Below are positions 25,350 to 37,900 of a DNA stretch of 64,000 bases, piece by piece; within the stretch, counting starts at the first letter, position 1; the number at the start of each line of letters is the position of its first letter. The DNA comes from Klebsormidium nitens (Eukaryota > Plantae > Klebsormidiophyceae), in assembly GCA_000708835.1 (NCBI GenBank), contig DF237468.1:1-64000 (forward strand). The letters run 5' to 3'. The notes under the pieces were generated by a model. It did not search any database, was not told where the DNA came from, and was given only the letters and a program-made list of their open reading frames with translations. A program made the position numbers and the translations under genes.

Positions 25350-27323
25350 TCAGCGCTCGCGCCACGTGTTCACCGCCCACTTCCGTGCCTCTAACGCCAG
25401 GCACGTGCACATGTGGAAAACGACTCCCCGGACAACTTCGACAGGCTCCCCGAAAAGCCACAGATGCCGCGCCCAGACGTCGTATTCGCACTTGGGGGGG
25501 AAGACGCAGTTGCACGCAGCCCACAGCAAGACGAGGAGACCCTCAGCACAGACCCCCCCCACCGCAGAGACGGTCGCAAGCTCGTGGTGTAGTTCGAGTG
25601 ACTCCTCATCGTCGGTGTCCCAGTCGAGGGGCAGCTCCTCCTCCTCGGATCTGGGCAGATTGATCGTGTTGACCGTGAGTCAGGCAGAAAGTAGTGTTGT
25701 GCTAATGACTGGACGTAATCGACGCGCGCACACGTGTTTTGCCTCCATTTTTTGAAGATCGGAACCGTTCAAGTAGGAGAATCTGCGGTCGGAGCAATCG
25801 ATTTTTTTCAATGGTTTACGGGGCATATCAAAGGGTCTAATAAGGGCAAAGGGCTGCCAATGCAAGCCGAAGGGCAGTATCTTTGCCTTATTTCTGCGCT
25901 TCGCTTGAAGAACCTTGGGATGACTTGGATCTATGTGGAAAGACATCTCATGCGTCAGAGTAGTCACGTTCTAGGGCAAGAGAGCACCGGGAGGAGCATC
26001 CTAATGTACAAGAGATATGATTCTACCAGAGAAATTTCTCACTCCTTGCAACTCTAGAGCGTGGGAAAGAGTGTCTTTTCCCGCCTTGTCGTGCCAACTT
26101 CCCGAGCAGCACGCTTTCCGTGGCACGCTATTACGCGGTGAGAAACGATACAAGCTTCTTGGTTATCGAACTTATCCAAGCCTCGAAGGAGCCCAATCCA
26201 GACTACAGAAGGAAGCCGGTCCGTACTCAACACTGCAAATCAGAGATTACGAAGAGTGAATCAGATTATCGGCCGGACTTACAGCAGGATCCTGCGCAGC
26301 AAGGTGTAATCTTGCGCCGCCTTCTTGAGAGACACCAGGTCCTGCGCGCAGGGAGTCAGCAGCGTGTATGCCCCTGCCAAGGCCAGCGCGAGCGCGTAAC
26401 CCGCGGCCGGCTCCCCGCTCGCGCGCGCGCTGTCGCCCCAGTGCGCCCACACGTTGAGCGCGCACAGCCCCACGAGCGGCGCCTCGATCAGCAGCTTGGT
26501 GGCGTAGAGAACGCGCTTCTTATTTGCGGCCAAAAGCTCCAGGGCAACGTCACTGCGGGAACGGAGTCGAAGATACGGATGGTTCTGCGTCAGCTGACTC
26601 TATTTTTTCTAAATCTGTGCTTTTTGGTCGGAAGTAAGCCATAACGTTGTTCTGCTTGAAGCACTCTGGATCCTTGCTTTAAAAGTTTGATAGACGCCAT
26701 CGACATTTGCTGTGCGGGGAAGAATAAAGGGTAAAGATGGCAGGTCTGGTAACACAGTGAGACCGCACACTGTGATTTATCCTTTCGGAAGCGAACAGTT
26801 GCGGATTCTTAGAAAAGACGAATAATTTACACTCGACTCAAGATGTTCATCTTTTCTAAGAATTGGCAACTTTTCGCGGGTTCATAGAGAATGCTCTTAA
26901 TCTCTATCTTCGTTCCGACCAAGTATTGGGGACCTCGACTTGTCCAAATGGATACTTTGAGCAGCAATCAAGAGCATGCCTCTGCGTTCCACTCGCAGCG
27001 TCCGTTGCCACCAACTCTCTAATCTCGAGATAGCTAGAGTATCCTGTTGCTCAGGTACAGAATTCAAACAATGCTACTGCAGGTGCCGAGAAAGTGGCTG
27101 AGGCCTGGTTGTTTCAAATCAAAATTGGCAATCGATGCAACGGATTAACAGAGGGGATTATTGCTTACCTGACTGCGTCTTCCTGCTGCTCTCTTGAGGA
27201 GGAGCACGTCACTATTCCGGTTCTCCATCTCTTCTGCCGCCGGGTATGAATCCTCGAAACGCGAAAAGTACCCTTCTGTGCTAGCCCATGACTTGCTCCA
27301 CGAAACTCAGACGCGCTTGCTTC
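25350..27323 (-). CDS. Unknown membrane-protein family, copy D (exons 27323-27169, 26552-26283, 25650-25350); 5' end unresolved
   Basis: Three exons open and in phase (LLAANKKRVLYATKLLIEAP, VWAHWGD, LDWDTDDE, PPKCEYD, MCTCLALEARKWA). Confidence 0.62.
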
Positions 27324-27664
27324 CTGTAGAAAAGCGATCCAATGAACCGTGCCTGAGTACCATGGCTTGCAGGAATGAAACAGTCAAAGCCATTGGAGAA
27401 AGCTCCTATGTATCCTGACATATTCTCAGGTTCTCAGGCAATTTGGTCCCAGAATCTCCAAGTGAGAATTGCTCAGAGCTCGTCTTTGCTGGCAAATGTA
27501 TTGTCCTGTAGAAGATCTATAATGCACCGAATAATCGAACCAAAATGAAAACATTTTAACCTACTAGGTGTCAGGTCGGAAGAAAAGAGGAAATTTGAGA
27601 CTGACTGGCCTTGAGTACGAATTAGCACTTCTTGTAAAGACACAAAATGTCATTGAAACATCCT

Positions 27665-27767
27665 GGCCCACCGTTTGTGAAAATTTGATAGAGATTAGAA
27701 ACCTTAACTACATATGATGCATACCTTAATCTTCTAATCTCTATCGAGTTTTCACAAACGGTGGGCC
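27665..27767. repeat. 103-bp foldback (inverted repeat with ~36-bp arms): mini-MITE or hairpin RNA
   Basis: GGCCCACCGTTTGTGAAAA-TTT-GATAGAGATTAGAA ... TTCTAATCTCTATC-GAG-TTTTCACAAACGGTGGGCC; arms pair with about 2 mismatches. Confidence 0.8.
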
Positions 27768-29131
27768 TTGGAGATTCTTTGCAGTATTATTGCTCTGGCA
27801 TGGGGATGAAGGTGACTCCCACTATTTCCTAATTTTCAGATTCGATGCTCTGGGTTAAGGGATTCTGATTTTGTACACTGCATTAAAAGCTCTCCTCAAG
27901 ATGATCATCCTAACAGATCTACAAAGCATGCACGATTGAGTTCCGTCGCCCGCTGCAGATCCAAAAGCCATCTCGAGAACCAGCAAGCTGGTTGTATTGT
28001 GCTTCAGATGACGAATTAGCACACTTTTTCAGTCGAAGAAACGTGCATGGTAAACCAAAGGACTTACCAAAACTCTTGTATCAAGCCTCTGCTCTCTCTT
28101 TGAGAAGCTCAAGCTGCTGAGGGAGCTCATAGGTGCGCAACAACGAGACACGCTTGCCATACTCCTCGGCACCCACACTCCGCTCAAACTCCACTACTTT
28201 CACAGCCTTCGACCTGCAACTCTCTCAAATTGGATTAGCTGACGGAGAATAACTGAAGACATGAAAGCCTATGATGCTTTCGGTTGGAGTCCACACCGGC
28301 AGCAACAAAACGTAGGCCGCTCCGTCTTCGGACAAGCAGATCTGACCAGAAGATACAACTGCAGCTGCGTGCTGACCCTGATCTCCCCTGCTCTCCTAAA
28401 AGTGCCTCCCCAGAACCTCATGCGCTTCGCGGACAAGAGTTCCTGGATGCCCAGAAGAAACACGCACTACGTTGTTGAAGGCTTTGGCAGGTGCAAGAGG
28501 CGCCCTGATCAATGGACTCGGTTTGCGCGCGCGCCGGCACGAGTCGTCGCGCTGTTGCTCTGCCTGCATCAGTCTTGTGACTTCTCGGTTTTGTCAAACA
28601 TATCTTGACACTATGCGCGTAAGGCAGACTTGCTCGGTCTAGTCTGCCTGCAAATGCTACGACATGCATGCGCGTCTCCATAACTCATGAGCCCCTCTCG
28701 AACGAGTGGATAATCAAAGACCGAGTGTCAAGCCACGATTAACGGCAAGTTCCTTTGATTGGCTCCCACATCTTGGTGTATCTGTGCAAATTGTGCATGA
28801 GTCATGACGATCTCCGTCTCACAAAGAATCGCAGGCGAGCACGTTTCAAAGCCAACCGTCACTTTATACAAAACTCGCGTTGCATTGTTGCCCATTTGCG
28901 CAGCTCAATTTCACACAGGCGCCGCAAATTGTTCGAAGTGAAGTTTGCCCTTTGGGCTGCGTATAACAGAACGGGTTGATCACTGCCTTCCCTCAAAACG
29001 ACTTTACTTGACCGTATGTAAAACTTGGAGGCGAGGTCAACTTTGACCTTCTGTCCGTAACATGCCTATCACGAAGCATCATCAAATGGTCTAGATAGAG
29101 CACCGGACGTTCGCAGCCTCGCCGGTCGCCT

Positions 29132-32100
29132 TCACCTCATTCCAAAGCCCTCCCACACGTCCGACTGCACAATAATCTCCAGCTGTTTGCGCATAGCGTA
29201 TAAGGACTTATACTCGGGAAGAACCAGCTGATAGAAGCACGTATGGGCTGTCGGCAGCCCGTCTTGCGTGCCGCCTTTCCAAATGTGAAACTTAGACGGC
29301 AGCGCCGCGAATCCCGCCGGCGGCAGAAACTCCACGGAAGTGGCGAAGAAGAGAAGACGCCGGCGCTGTGGCGGAGTAAAGCCCTCGACGCACTGCCAGA
29401 ACCACGTGACGTGGCGACACGTGGGCAATAAGTCGTGGTACTCGGTGTGCTTCTGCCAGTCGGCGATGGACAGGTCCTCCAGGTCCCCATCGAGCGGCCA
29501 CCCAAAATTCTGGAGAGCGGATGACAGTTTTCGTGAGTAAGGCATATCCAGGACTGCTCTCGACGCCTCCGCCTTTCAAATGGTTCCTTCTCACACTGTT
29601 TCCGTACTTGGACACTCGGTTGATTGAAACCATAAGGAGTTCAGACCGTCATGCAAAGGGGGAGCGGAGATGCAATGAGTGTACTGAGGTTTTCAATCGT
29701 TTCCTTCGGCTGCAAAGATTCTGCGTTCTTAGGCGCTCGTTCATAGGAGCACGTCCAGACAAAGTTTATGTACTCAAACACGCTTCGCTTCTCATCGATA
29801 CGATGAGAAGTGACAAGCGAGATAATTTCAGTGTTGGAACAAGAATAGTTAGCCTGCACCATCAGTGCTTGCAGATCTTATCAATGGTACTGAATGATAC
29901 TTAACTTAAAACAAGCTCGCACAGATCGACATGAATGCGGAGGTCCATCGCCTTGACGCATTGGCAGCTGAACTCATCCGATCGAGGACAAAATTACAAA
30001 AATATTGAAGAAGTGGGCTGAACATTAGTGGAGGAATTACACGAGAAACAGATATAGGAGAAAAAGACCTTACGCAAACGAGTTAAGCAGGGACCGATTC
30101 ACTCATGCCCAGCACACCCCCGCCCTTGTCTAGCACAATATAGTCCCTTTTTCAGAGTCTGATTATTCCAGCCCACTTGAAGCCACCACTCAGAGGGAAC
30201 CCACTCACCCCCCCGTTCAACGGCAGCAGAAACTCCCGCAGCGTCACTCCCTCTCTCAGCACGTCTCCAAGGCCCCCCGCCAGCGCGGCCGCCTGCTTCT
30301 CCACCGGGGTTACCAGCTGGGTTACGACCTTGCGCGCCACAAACCCCTCCCGGTTAGCGGCCGTAACTACGACGTCGCGGCCGCCTTCGCACAGCGGAAC
30401 CTCCTCGGGCGCACCCAGCCGCCGCTCGACGGTGCACACGAAGGGGAGGCTCGCGGCCGCCAGCTGCAGAAGAGACCAAAGCATGAGGGTGGAAGTCAGG
30501 AGTAGTAAGCGGCAAAGGTAAGAATTACCACCCTGGGACGGGCGGGGTTAAGTTTGGCGGTCTCAGTTCAGTACTTCAACTTCACTGCTTTGCTTGGTGT
30601 TTCTGAAACTTACTCATCCTGAATCCAAAAGTTGAGGCAAAAAAGCAAGATTGAGCCTGTTCTGATCAGAACCTTCTTCCGTTCTGCCAACTGCGTTGTA
30701 GTTCGCGATGGGTGCTTTCCTTTCTTTTGGGTTCTCATTCTCACATGACGCTTGAAGGTTGCAATATCGTGAATACCAAACGTTCTAAGCTCAACGATGT
30801 GGACCGCACAAGGGGCTTGTTACCTTATGCTGCGGAAAGCGCGATCGCGGGCTTCAAAACAAAATTCTTTTCTTTGCAAAAAGGTTTCAAAGCTCCGATC
30901 TGCAGGCCTGAATACCAAGATAGCTTATACAATGCTCCTTTCGCAGTCCGTTCCCGAGTTCTCGCTTCTTTCAATTGTCGTCTCCTCTCACGAGTCGTAC
31001 TGAAGCGACCACATCAAGGGACGTACAGAGATAGCGCAGGTAGAAAGGCGTGACGACGACAAACCAGAAGAGCGGACTGAACACAAGCAACCAGATCCAT
31101 CAAGTCCATCAAGATCTCTGTTTGCTTCAATAGCGATGGGAGGCATCTTGCATGAGAAGCGAGAGACGTCAAAAAGTTCCCAACATTGCGAACACGTAGG
31201 CCGTCTTTCAAAAGTTGAATGTGCTCCTTCCTCAGATAAGCCTCTCACCTCCGCATCGTCCATCTCCAGCAGCCGCGAGCAGCTCGCGTACAGTTCGGGG
31301 TCCGCGTCCTGGACGCTTCTTAGCAGCGTCCGAGCGTCCGCATCCTCCAACGGGCCCAGGAGCACAGCGCATAGGATCGATGAAAAGCGGACGCCCAGCG
31401 GCGTGCCGTTGGCCATGGCCAGTCCGAGGAGGCGTCCGCAGAGCGCGAAGTGCGCGAGGTGTCCGGGGTTGATGTCGGACGCGGGGTTTATGTGGAAGCG
31501 GCGGCGGTCGCGCGGGGAGGGCGCGAAGAGCGCGGCCGCGGGGTCGAAGAGGGCGCGGCTGACCTGGCGGGGGAAGAGATCCTGCGAGTCTTCTGAGCCG
31601 ATCTTGTGCGCCGGCAATACCAAGACGAGATGTGGATACAATCGATTCGCTAATGGGGATAGAAGCGAACCCTTTGGCGACTATTTCTAAACGGTAAGGA
31701 ATAAAGAGGTCGGACTACGGTCTCGTGTAGGCAAGAGGGGCGAAAGTGAGTGAGGGCTGGGGGCTATTGGTCATAAGAATGGTGTGAGACGGGGGCTTAG
31801 CATTTTGAGGAAGATTAAGAGGGAAAGAAGGATGGAAGTGAAAACGATGGGAAGTAAGACAGGGTCTTGCAGCAGATTGGGCGACGGATTCGAGAATCCA
31901 AAAGTATCCGAAGATCCTCAATACTTTCGAAGTGAACACAAGTAGACGATTGTTTAGAAACACGCACACAACAGTGTCGAGTATTCTTCTTGTTAGCCAT
32001 CCATAGAGACAAGAGTTGCAAACACAACCCGAGCTCCTCACCTTATAAGAGGTCATCGGGAGTGCTGGCTGTGATTCCGGATGCAAACACGACGGGCAAA

Positions 32101-34563
32101 CCATCTGAACCACCGTTGCAAAATCACGCAAAAACGTAGAAACGTTGCGAATGATAAACGTCAGCCAGGTCTGGGGGAAGTGCTTCTCTGGCCAGTTTTC
32201 AAATTGGTTCACGATCCAAATCAGACAAGCACATTCTCGAGTCCTCACCAAAGTGAAGAACTCGCGCAGAAGCCCCGGGCCCGCCCCGTCCTCCTCTTCA
32301 AAATGCACCGTCAGCCCGCCGGCCAGCCGCTCCTTTGGGACGTCCGCCAACTGCTCCAGAGCGTCCGAAAGCAGTCCGGGGCCCCGCGCGACTGCCACGT
32401 GGAACGGAGTGTCGTCCGTTCTCGCCACGCAGAACCGCACCCACTGCTGCTGTGTCTGCGGCGCAAGTTTCGGTGCGAAGGAGGGGACAGCGCAAAGCGC
32501 CTGGAGAAGAGTGGGTTCGCTGGCGCGTGCGTGTAAGCTATTGGCTTCGCATAAGCTATCGGCCTGCAAGGCGCCGGCGGTCGCGAGGTCGAGGCGTATG
32601 AGCTGGTCGACGAGCGCTCCCCGGGACTCGAGAAATAATACGAAGCGGTTTTCAAGGAGGGGCGTGATGGCGACCATTGCAGCTAGCGCGCAGAGCAGAG
32701 CGGTCGCCGGACGGGCGTTCGTCTCGGAACAAACGGTTGAATCCAACGCAGGGATGCTTCAGCGCCGACGTAAATGTGCTCCGCCAACGGGCGCCCCGGG
32801 CTGACGAAGGGCCGTATCTCAGCGACAGCTTCTTCCAAAATGTCCTTGCCAATTTTGGGTCCAAGAGATTGTAAGAACGCGCAGCAAGCACGCAAAGCGT
32901 CAGCCGCGGGATACGGCCCCAGTCCGTTGCTCTTTGTCACCACTGGGGCTGTTGCCTGGGGTGGTTCCCTTTTCCAAGTCAACTTCCTGAAAACAAACCA
33001 GCCCTTTTTCTTGGGGGCCGGGGGCTGCTCCGGCGTCGGAGACTCGAGGGACAGCTGGTTTCGGACGGTCCGAATGAGGGTGCAAAACAATTGGACGGCG
33101 ATCCTGTTGCTGGCGTCCGAATGCTGACCGTGGGAAAGCACGCGGCGCAGAGCGGCCGTCAGGAGGGATGCGTTTTCGGACAAATTGATTCGGACACCAG
33201 GGGCGGCCAAATCCTTCCAAAAGCGTCCGACAGCATCCGAATGCCCGTGGCTTAGCAGGGGCGGCTCCTGGAGTGACCAGAAGAGAGGTCCTGCCACGTG
33301 GAAGACTGTGGACCGCAGGCCGGAGGCGCAGCTTTGCAGAATGTGGATGATGCACTGCTGTACGGCGATCACACTGCGAGCAACAGAGCGCCGTCAGATG
33401 AAACTCAGAAAATAAGACAGGAAATGGATAAGCTTTGACTTTCACAGAAAGCTCAACCGAAGGAAATACCTGCTCCGCACCCTTACCCACCCCAAACATA
33501 ACCCTGTTCGTCCCAGTGCGGTTACCGTATCCTGATATTCTCTGCTGGCAACCAGCACATAGCTTAAAACACATGCATCATAACCTGGTTCCTCAGAACT
33601 GCAAGCCTTTGAACACATCTAACATTCACACATTGTTTGGTCCTCGCATACATTCATCTTATTCTGAGACCACAGCGAGTCAAAAAGGATCCCCTTCCCC
33701 ATTCGAAGACTTGGCCACCTCAGTTTCCAAGCCAGTCTGTAGAATGAGACATGCACAGGCTAGAACAGCTGTGGTCTGTTCGGCGCAACAAAATTCTCCC
33801 ATCATTGAACAACACGTCCAGTGGATTAACCCCATGGCTCGCTTGAGCAAAGAAAGGAAGATGAATAAATATAGGGGGAAGACCTTGTTCAAAGGGCCAA
33901 TACTTGTGAACAAGCTTGCCTTGCTCTCGCTCACCTCGCCTCTGGATGCTTCACAGTGTGTCCCAAAACGCACCCCGCCAGCTGGGCTACCCCCCCTTCC
34001 TCGAGCATGATCTGCCCCAAGAGTTGCTGCTCGCTTGCAATGCATTCCTTGTTCACAGTTTCAAGAAAGTCTTTGAGCCACTTTGGCAGCTCGGACATTT
34101 CAGCTTTGCCCCCCGCGAGCGCATCTTTGCAGCAGTCACGGACTCGTCGGAACAGCTCGAAAGCTCGCTGCCAGCCTTTGCTTCTCCAGTTCCGGAGGCA
34201 TCCGGTCAAATGCAGAGTGTCCAGATTTTGGACACCACTTTGCTCCAGAGTTCGTTCCAACGGCACAAGCCTGTTTTTATACTTGACCTGCACCTGGCAG
34301 ACCACCGAGCGGGGCTCGTCGTGCAGCGCTGTTCTGATGACGTCAGTGATGCAGATTTTGGGGTCCATACGCAGCACACGGGTCGCGCCGTCGAGGTTTT
34401 TGACGAAGAATTGCAGGACTTGCACACTTGGATTGCCAGACGTCATTTGGCCGGCCATGTCCGCATGCGGTGCGACGACGTGCTCGCAGCGGCCGCGGCT
34501 CCTTGCAAGAGCGAAAGCAAAGCCAGCACTCCCCTTCAGCTCATGTGCGGGGTTCCAAATCAC
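29132..34563 (-). CDS. UPL5: Ubiquitin-like domain plus HECT E3 ligase (UPL5-like); exons ~34563-33935, 33373-32249, 31563-31249, 30463-30209, 29509-29132; apparent frameshift near 32750
   Basis: UBL (QFFVKNLDG...DTLHLTGCLR); HECT start (VHFEEEDGAGPGLLREFF), GRLLGLAM, WFWQCVE, RRLLFFATS, catalytic LPTAHTCF. Exon 2 length (1125 nt) is out of phase by one base. Confidence 0.82.
30532..30566 (-). repeat. Dispersed intronic repeat family, partial copy
   Basis: Reverse complement CTGAGACCGCCAAACTTAACCCCGCCCGTCCCAGG matches the 3' half of the repeat. Confidence 0.5.
33468..33526 (+). repeat. Dispersed intronic repeat family, copy in HECT intron 1
   Basis: ACCTGCTCCGCACCCTTACCCACCCCAAACATAACCCTGTTCGTCCCAGTGCGGTTACC. 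Confidence 0.75.
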
Positions 34564-34973
34564 GTCTGGACTCTTTGTGATCTACCTTCAACTTGAAGAT
34601 CAAGACGTGACTATGTACTGAATCAGGCTACTGCTGGTGTTTGTTCAAAAACCCTGTTCACTCTTTCTCCCTGGGTGATCCCCCAGTGTGATTCCTTCCG
34701 GTGAGATCATGCGATGTGAACCGTCCGATTCAATCCCAAAACCCTCAACCCCCGGGCCCGGTGCCGACCGGACTCCCCGCGAACGTCGAGTCCGAGTCGA
34801 GGCTAGCTGCCGCGCACGCGCGCGGCAGCCGGCCGCTATATCCCTTTCAAACCCCTAGTAACGGTTTGAATATTCTGATATTCCGTGACGCCTGAACTTG
34901 AACGATTGAAGCGGAAAGTTGATTAAAGATTCAGAAGATTTCTACTGAAGGACGCTATTCGTCTTCCGCTGCC

Positions 34974-37900
34974 ATGGCCTCGGCGCAGGCCCGGCGGCGT
35001 TGCCTGGCGCTGGTGGCACATGTTTGGGGACGGCCAGGGGCCGTTGCCGAGGCGGGGCGACTCAGCCACGGCGCACGGCAATCGCACAAAGCCCTGAGCG
35101 GTTCATTGCGCCGGGACCCTTTTACGGTGAGCAAACAAAGTCTCCTGGGGATTACATAGAGCTGAGCAAGCTCAAGCGCAAGTGCACCACCGTTTTGATT
35201 GCCACCTGTCGTACTTCTGATTTTGGAGACCGGGCTTTGTGTCTTTTCGTGCGGATCTGGAATGCTGCAACTGTGGGCGGGTTTGAGGTTCCATCTCTTG
35301 CGCAGGATGGGCTCGGTCAGTTTCATACGAGGGGCTTCGCGAGCGTTTCGGCGCAACCCACCGGGGAGCCAGAGGCGGCTGAGACCCCGGTGGGGCGACA
35401 GTACCCAGGTATGTGCATGAGGGCGCCTCGGCTAGGTCCACCTAATACCTGTTTCCTCAGAGGTCTGGTTAGCCGCGCTTATGATAGATCTCGCTGAATC
35501 TGGCGGAATCAGGCTGGGTAGAGCATTTATGCAGACAATTGACGCCGTTGGGAGTTGCTTTTTGACAATGGTGGTATGGTAGTGGTAATGACCGTTTGCA
35601 AGTAATAGATCGGTCTCAGTGAAGTTGGTTGCTTTGCCGTTCTTCAGATGGCACCACCTTTTCTTCATTTGCATAGTCATGATTATTTTTGTCATCAGGG
35701 TCTGAAATGCCGTGGCCAGTAGTTCTTCCTTAACTCACCGTGCGCATGCTTCACAAAGTACTCTTTTGTTGTTCTCTTAAAAAGAACAATCCACCAAGAA
35801 TTGCCCAAGTTTATGATAAAAAGCACGAGAGAATGGCAAAAACCAACCAACCCTTAATCATATGGTACTCACCACTCTGGACCTTATTCAAGGGGTATAC
35901 AGCCTTATAAGTTGAAACTCTTTTGCACCACCGCACCATCAAGTGCACGACCGATAATCGCCCCCTATTTCCACCCCGAGGAGCACTTTTTTGCAAGCCG
36001 CCGGGCAGTTAAAATGGGGATGGCGCCCGGCAAGAGTGGTGCCTTCGTCTCAAACATGCACTATTCTACTCCTTGGCAACCGCGTTACATCGTTCTGATG
36101 ACTCAAACACGACCTCCTCATCATCCTGACCCGACTCTTCCCTTGGAGTTCTTTCTTCCTCAGCCGTTGGGCAGTCGTTCAAAGAGACGGCGCCAATCGA
36201 GGGCGGCAGTCTCACTTTGGAGACGGGCAAGCTGGCGCGCTTGGCGGACGCAGCGGTGGTGGTTGGTTTCAATGAAACTAAAGTGCTGTGCACAGCGATT
36301 GCAAGCAGACGCATGGATTCTGCCCAGTCGTTTCTTCCGCTCACGGTGAGTCCTAGAAGGCAGACTTTTCTAGAATAGATCTAGTAAGCTCAAGTTATAG
36401 TAAGAACAAGCTAACAAATGAACACCCGTTCCGCACTTGTACCCACCCTAACCTCCATACCAACCCTACCCGTCCCAGTACTAAAACTAGAGCTTACCAT
36501 GATCATTCTGGAGAACGATCTAAAACGCTGCTCATCTCAACGAGATCTGCAGGTAGCACAACGACATGATAGTCTCCCTTCATGATGGGCACAAAAGTCA
36601 TGGGTGGGGAGATTTAAAAGCTGTCTCTCGAACGATATCAAAGCGCCCCGGTTTGACAAGAAGTGCTCGCCAGAGCCGAACGAAGGAACACTGTGCTCGT
36701 CAGACACGAAGAACTGTTGTCAAGACCACAGAATCTCTCTTTCTGAGGGGACTGAGGAGCTCTACTGACACATCAACAAAAGCCAGTTTTGAGTGACTAC
36801 TCTATGTGTGTCAAGGGTGGGCTTTGGCACTGCTTGACATTTGATCGCGGGAGTAAAGCCTGTGCGCCTGCATAGCGTCAACTCACAAGATGGAGTAAAG
36901 AATGAAAGATTCTAGATCCTTAAGGTTCTGCGTGACAGCCGTCATGAAGATGCAGAGGGCGACAACGCCCGAGCTGGTGTGCACAGATCAGCGCAAGACT
37001 CTGCGCTAATCATTCATATTGCGTTATGAAGTAACGGCTCGCTGACCCACTTTTGGCAGGTTGACTACCGGGAGAAGGACTACGCCCAAGGCAAGATTCC
37101 GGGGGGCTATTTCCGCAGGGAGGGTGCCCCCCAGACGCGGGAGCTCCTGTGCAGCCGGCTGATCGACCGGGCGATGCGGCCGCTCTTCCCTGAGGGCTTC
37201 TACTGCGAAACGCAGGTGAGATTGCCACGAGATCGTTTGTCCTCTTCGCTCTTTCGAGCTTCCCTTTTGTTTGCGGGTAAATCGGGATGCGTCTGATCAG
37301 TGTCCAAGTCAAACTCGACGGCAACAGTTAAGCGGGTCAGCGAGGGATTAGACGAAGACTCCAGGGTGGGGTGATACTGTACCGGTGGTGGGCCGACAGT
37401 ATAGACCAATCTTCCGTCCTGACATACGCAACGGTGGTGCTATTAATCAGTTGAGCGATCCCTGCAACAGGATCCAGTGGACAATTAAGAGCACTTGAAC
37501 CCTTGCAAAGCGCCTTAAAGTCGTCACCGCCAAATGAAAATAGTAAATGTACAAGGTTTACTCGCTAGGAGGACGAGAAGATGCTTATCACCAACAATGA
37601 CGTCAGCACATTATGAGTCGCTGAAACTGACGGCCGACACGTTACGTCGCAGCTGCTGGCCAACGTGCTCAGTTTGGACGGCTCCCAAGATCCGGACGTC
37701 CTCGCGATCAACGGCGCGTCCGCCGCTCTCACCATTTCGGACATCCCCTGGAACGGGCCCGTCGGGGCGGTCCGAATCGCGCGCATCAACGGCCGGTTAG
37801 TGGTTAACCCGGGGTTAGAGGACTGGGGCAAAACGGATCTGAGCTTGGTTTATGCGGGCACAGAGCGGGATTGCGTGATGATGGACGTGCAAGCGAAGGA

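Noticed and set aside
28068-28470. Upstream exons for copy D (SKAVKVVEFER...)
   Set aside because: The exon-like segment has an in-frame TGA before its donor. Equivalent upstream regions of A-C also contain stops, so no 5' model is claimed.
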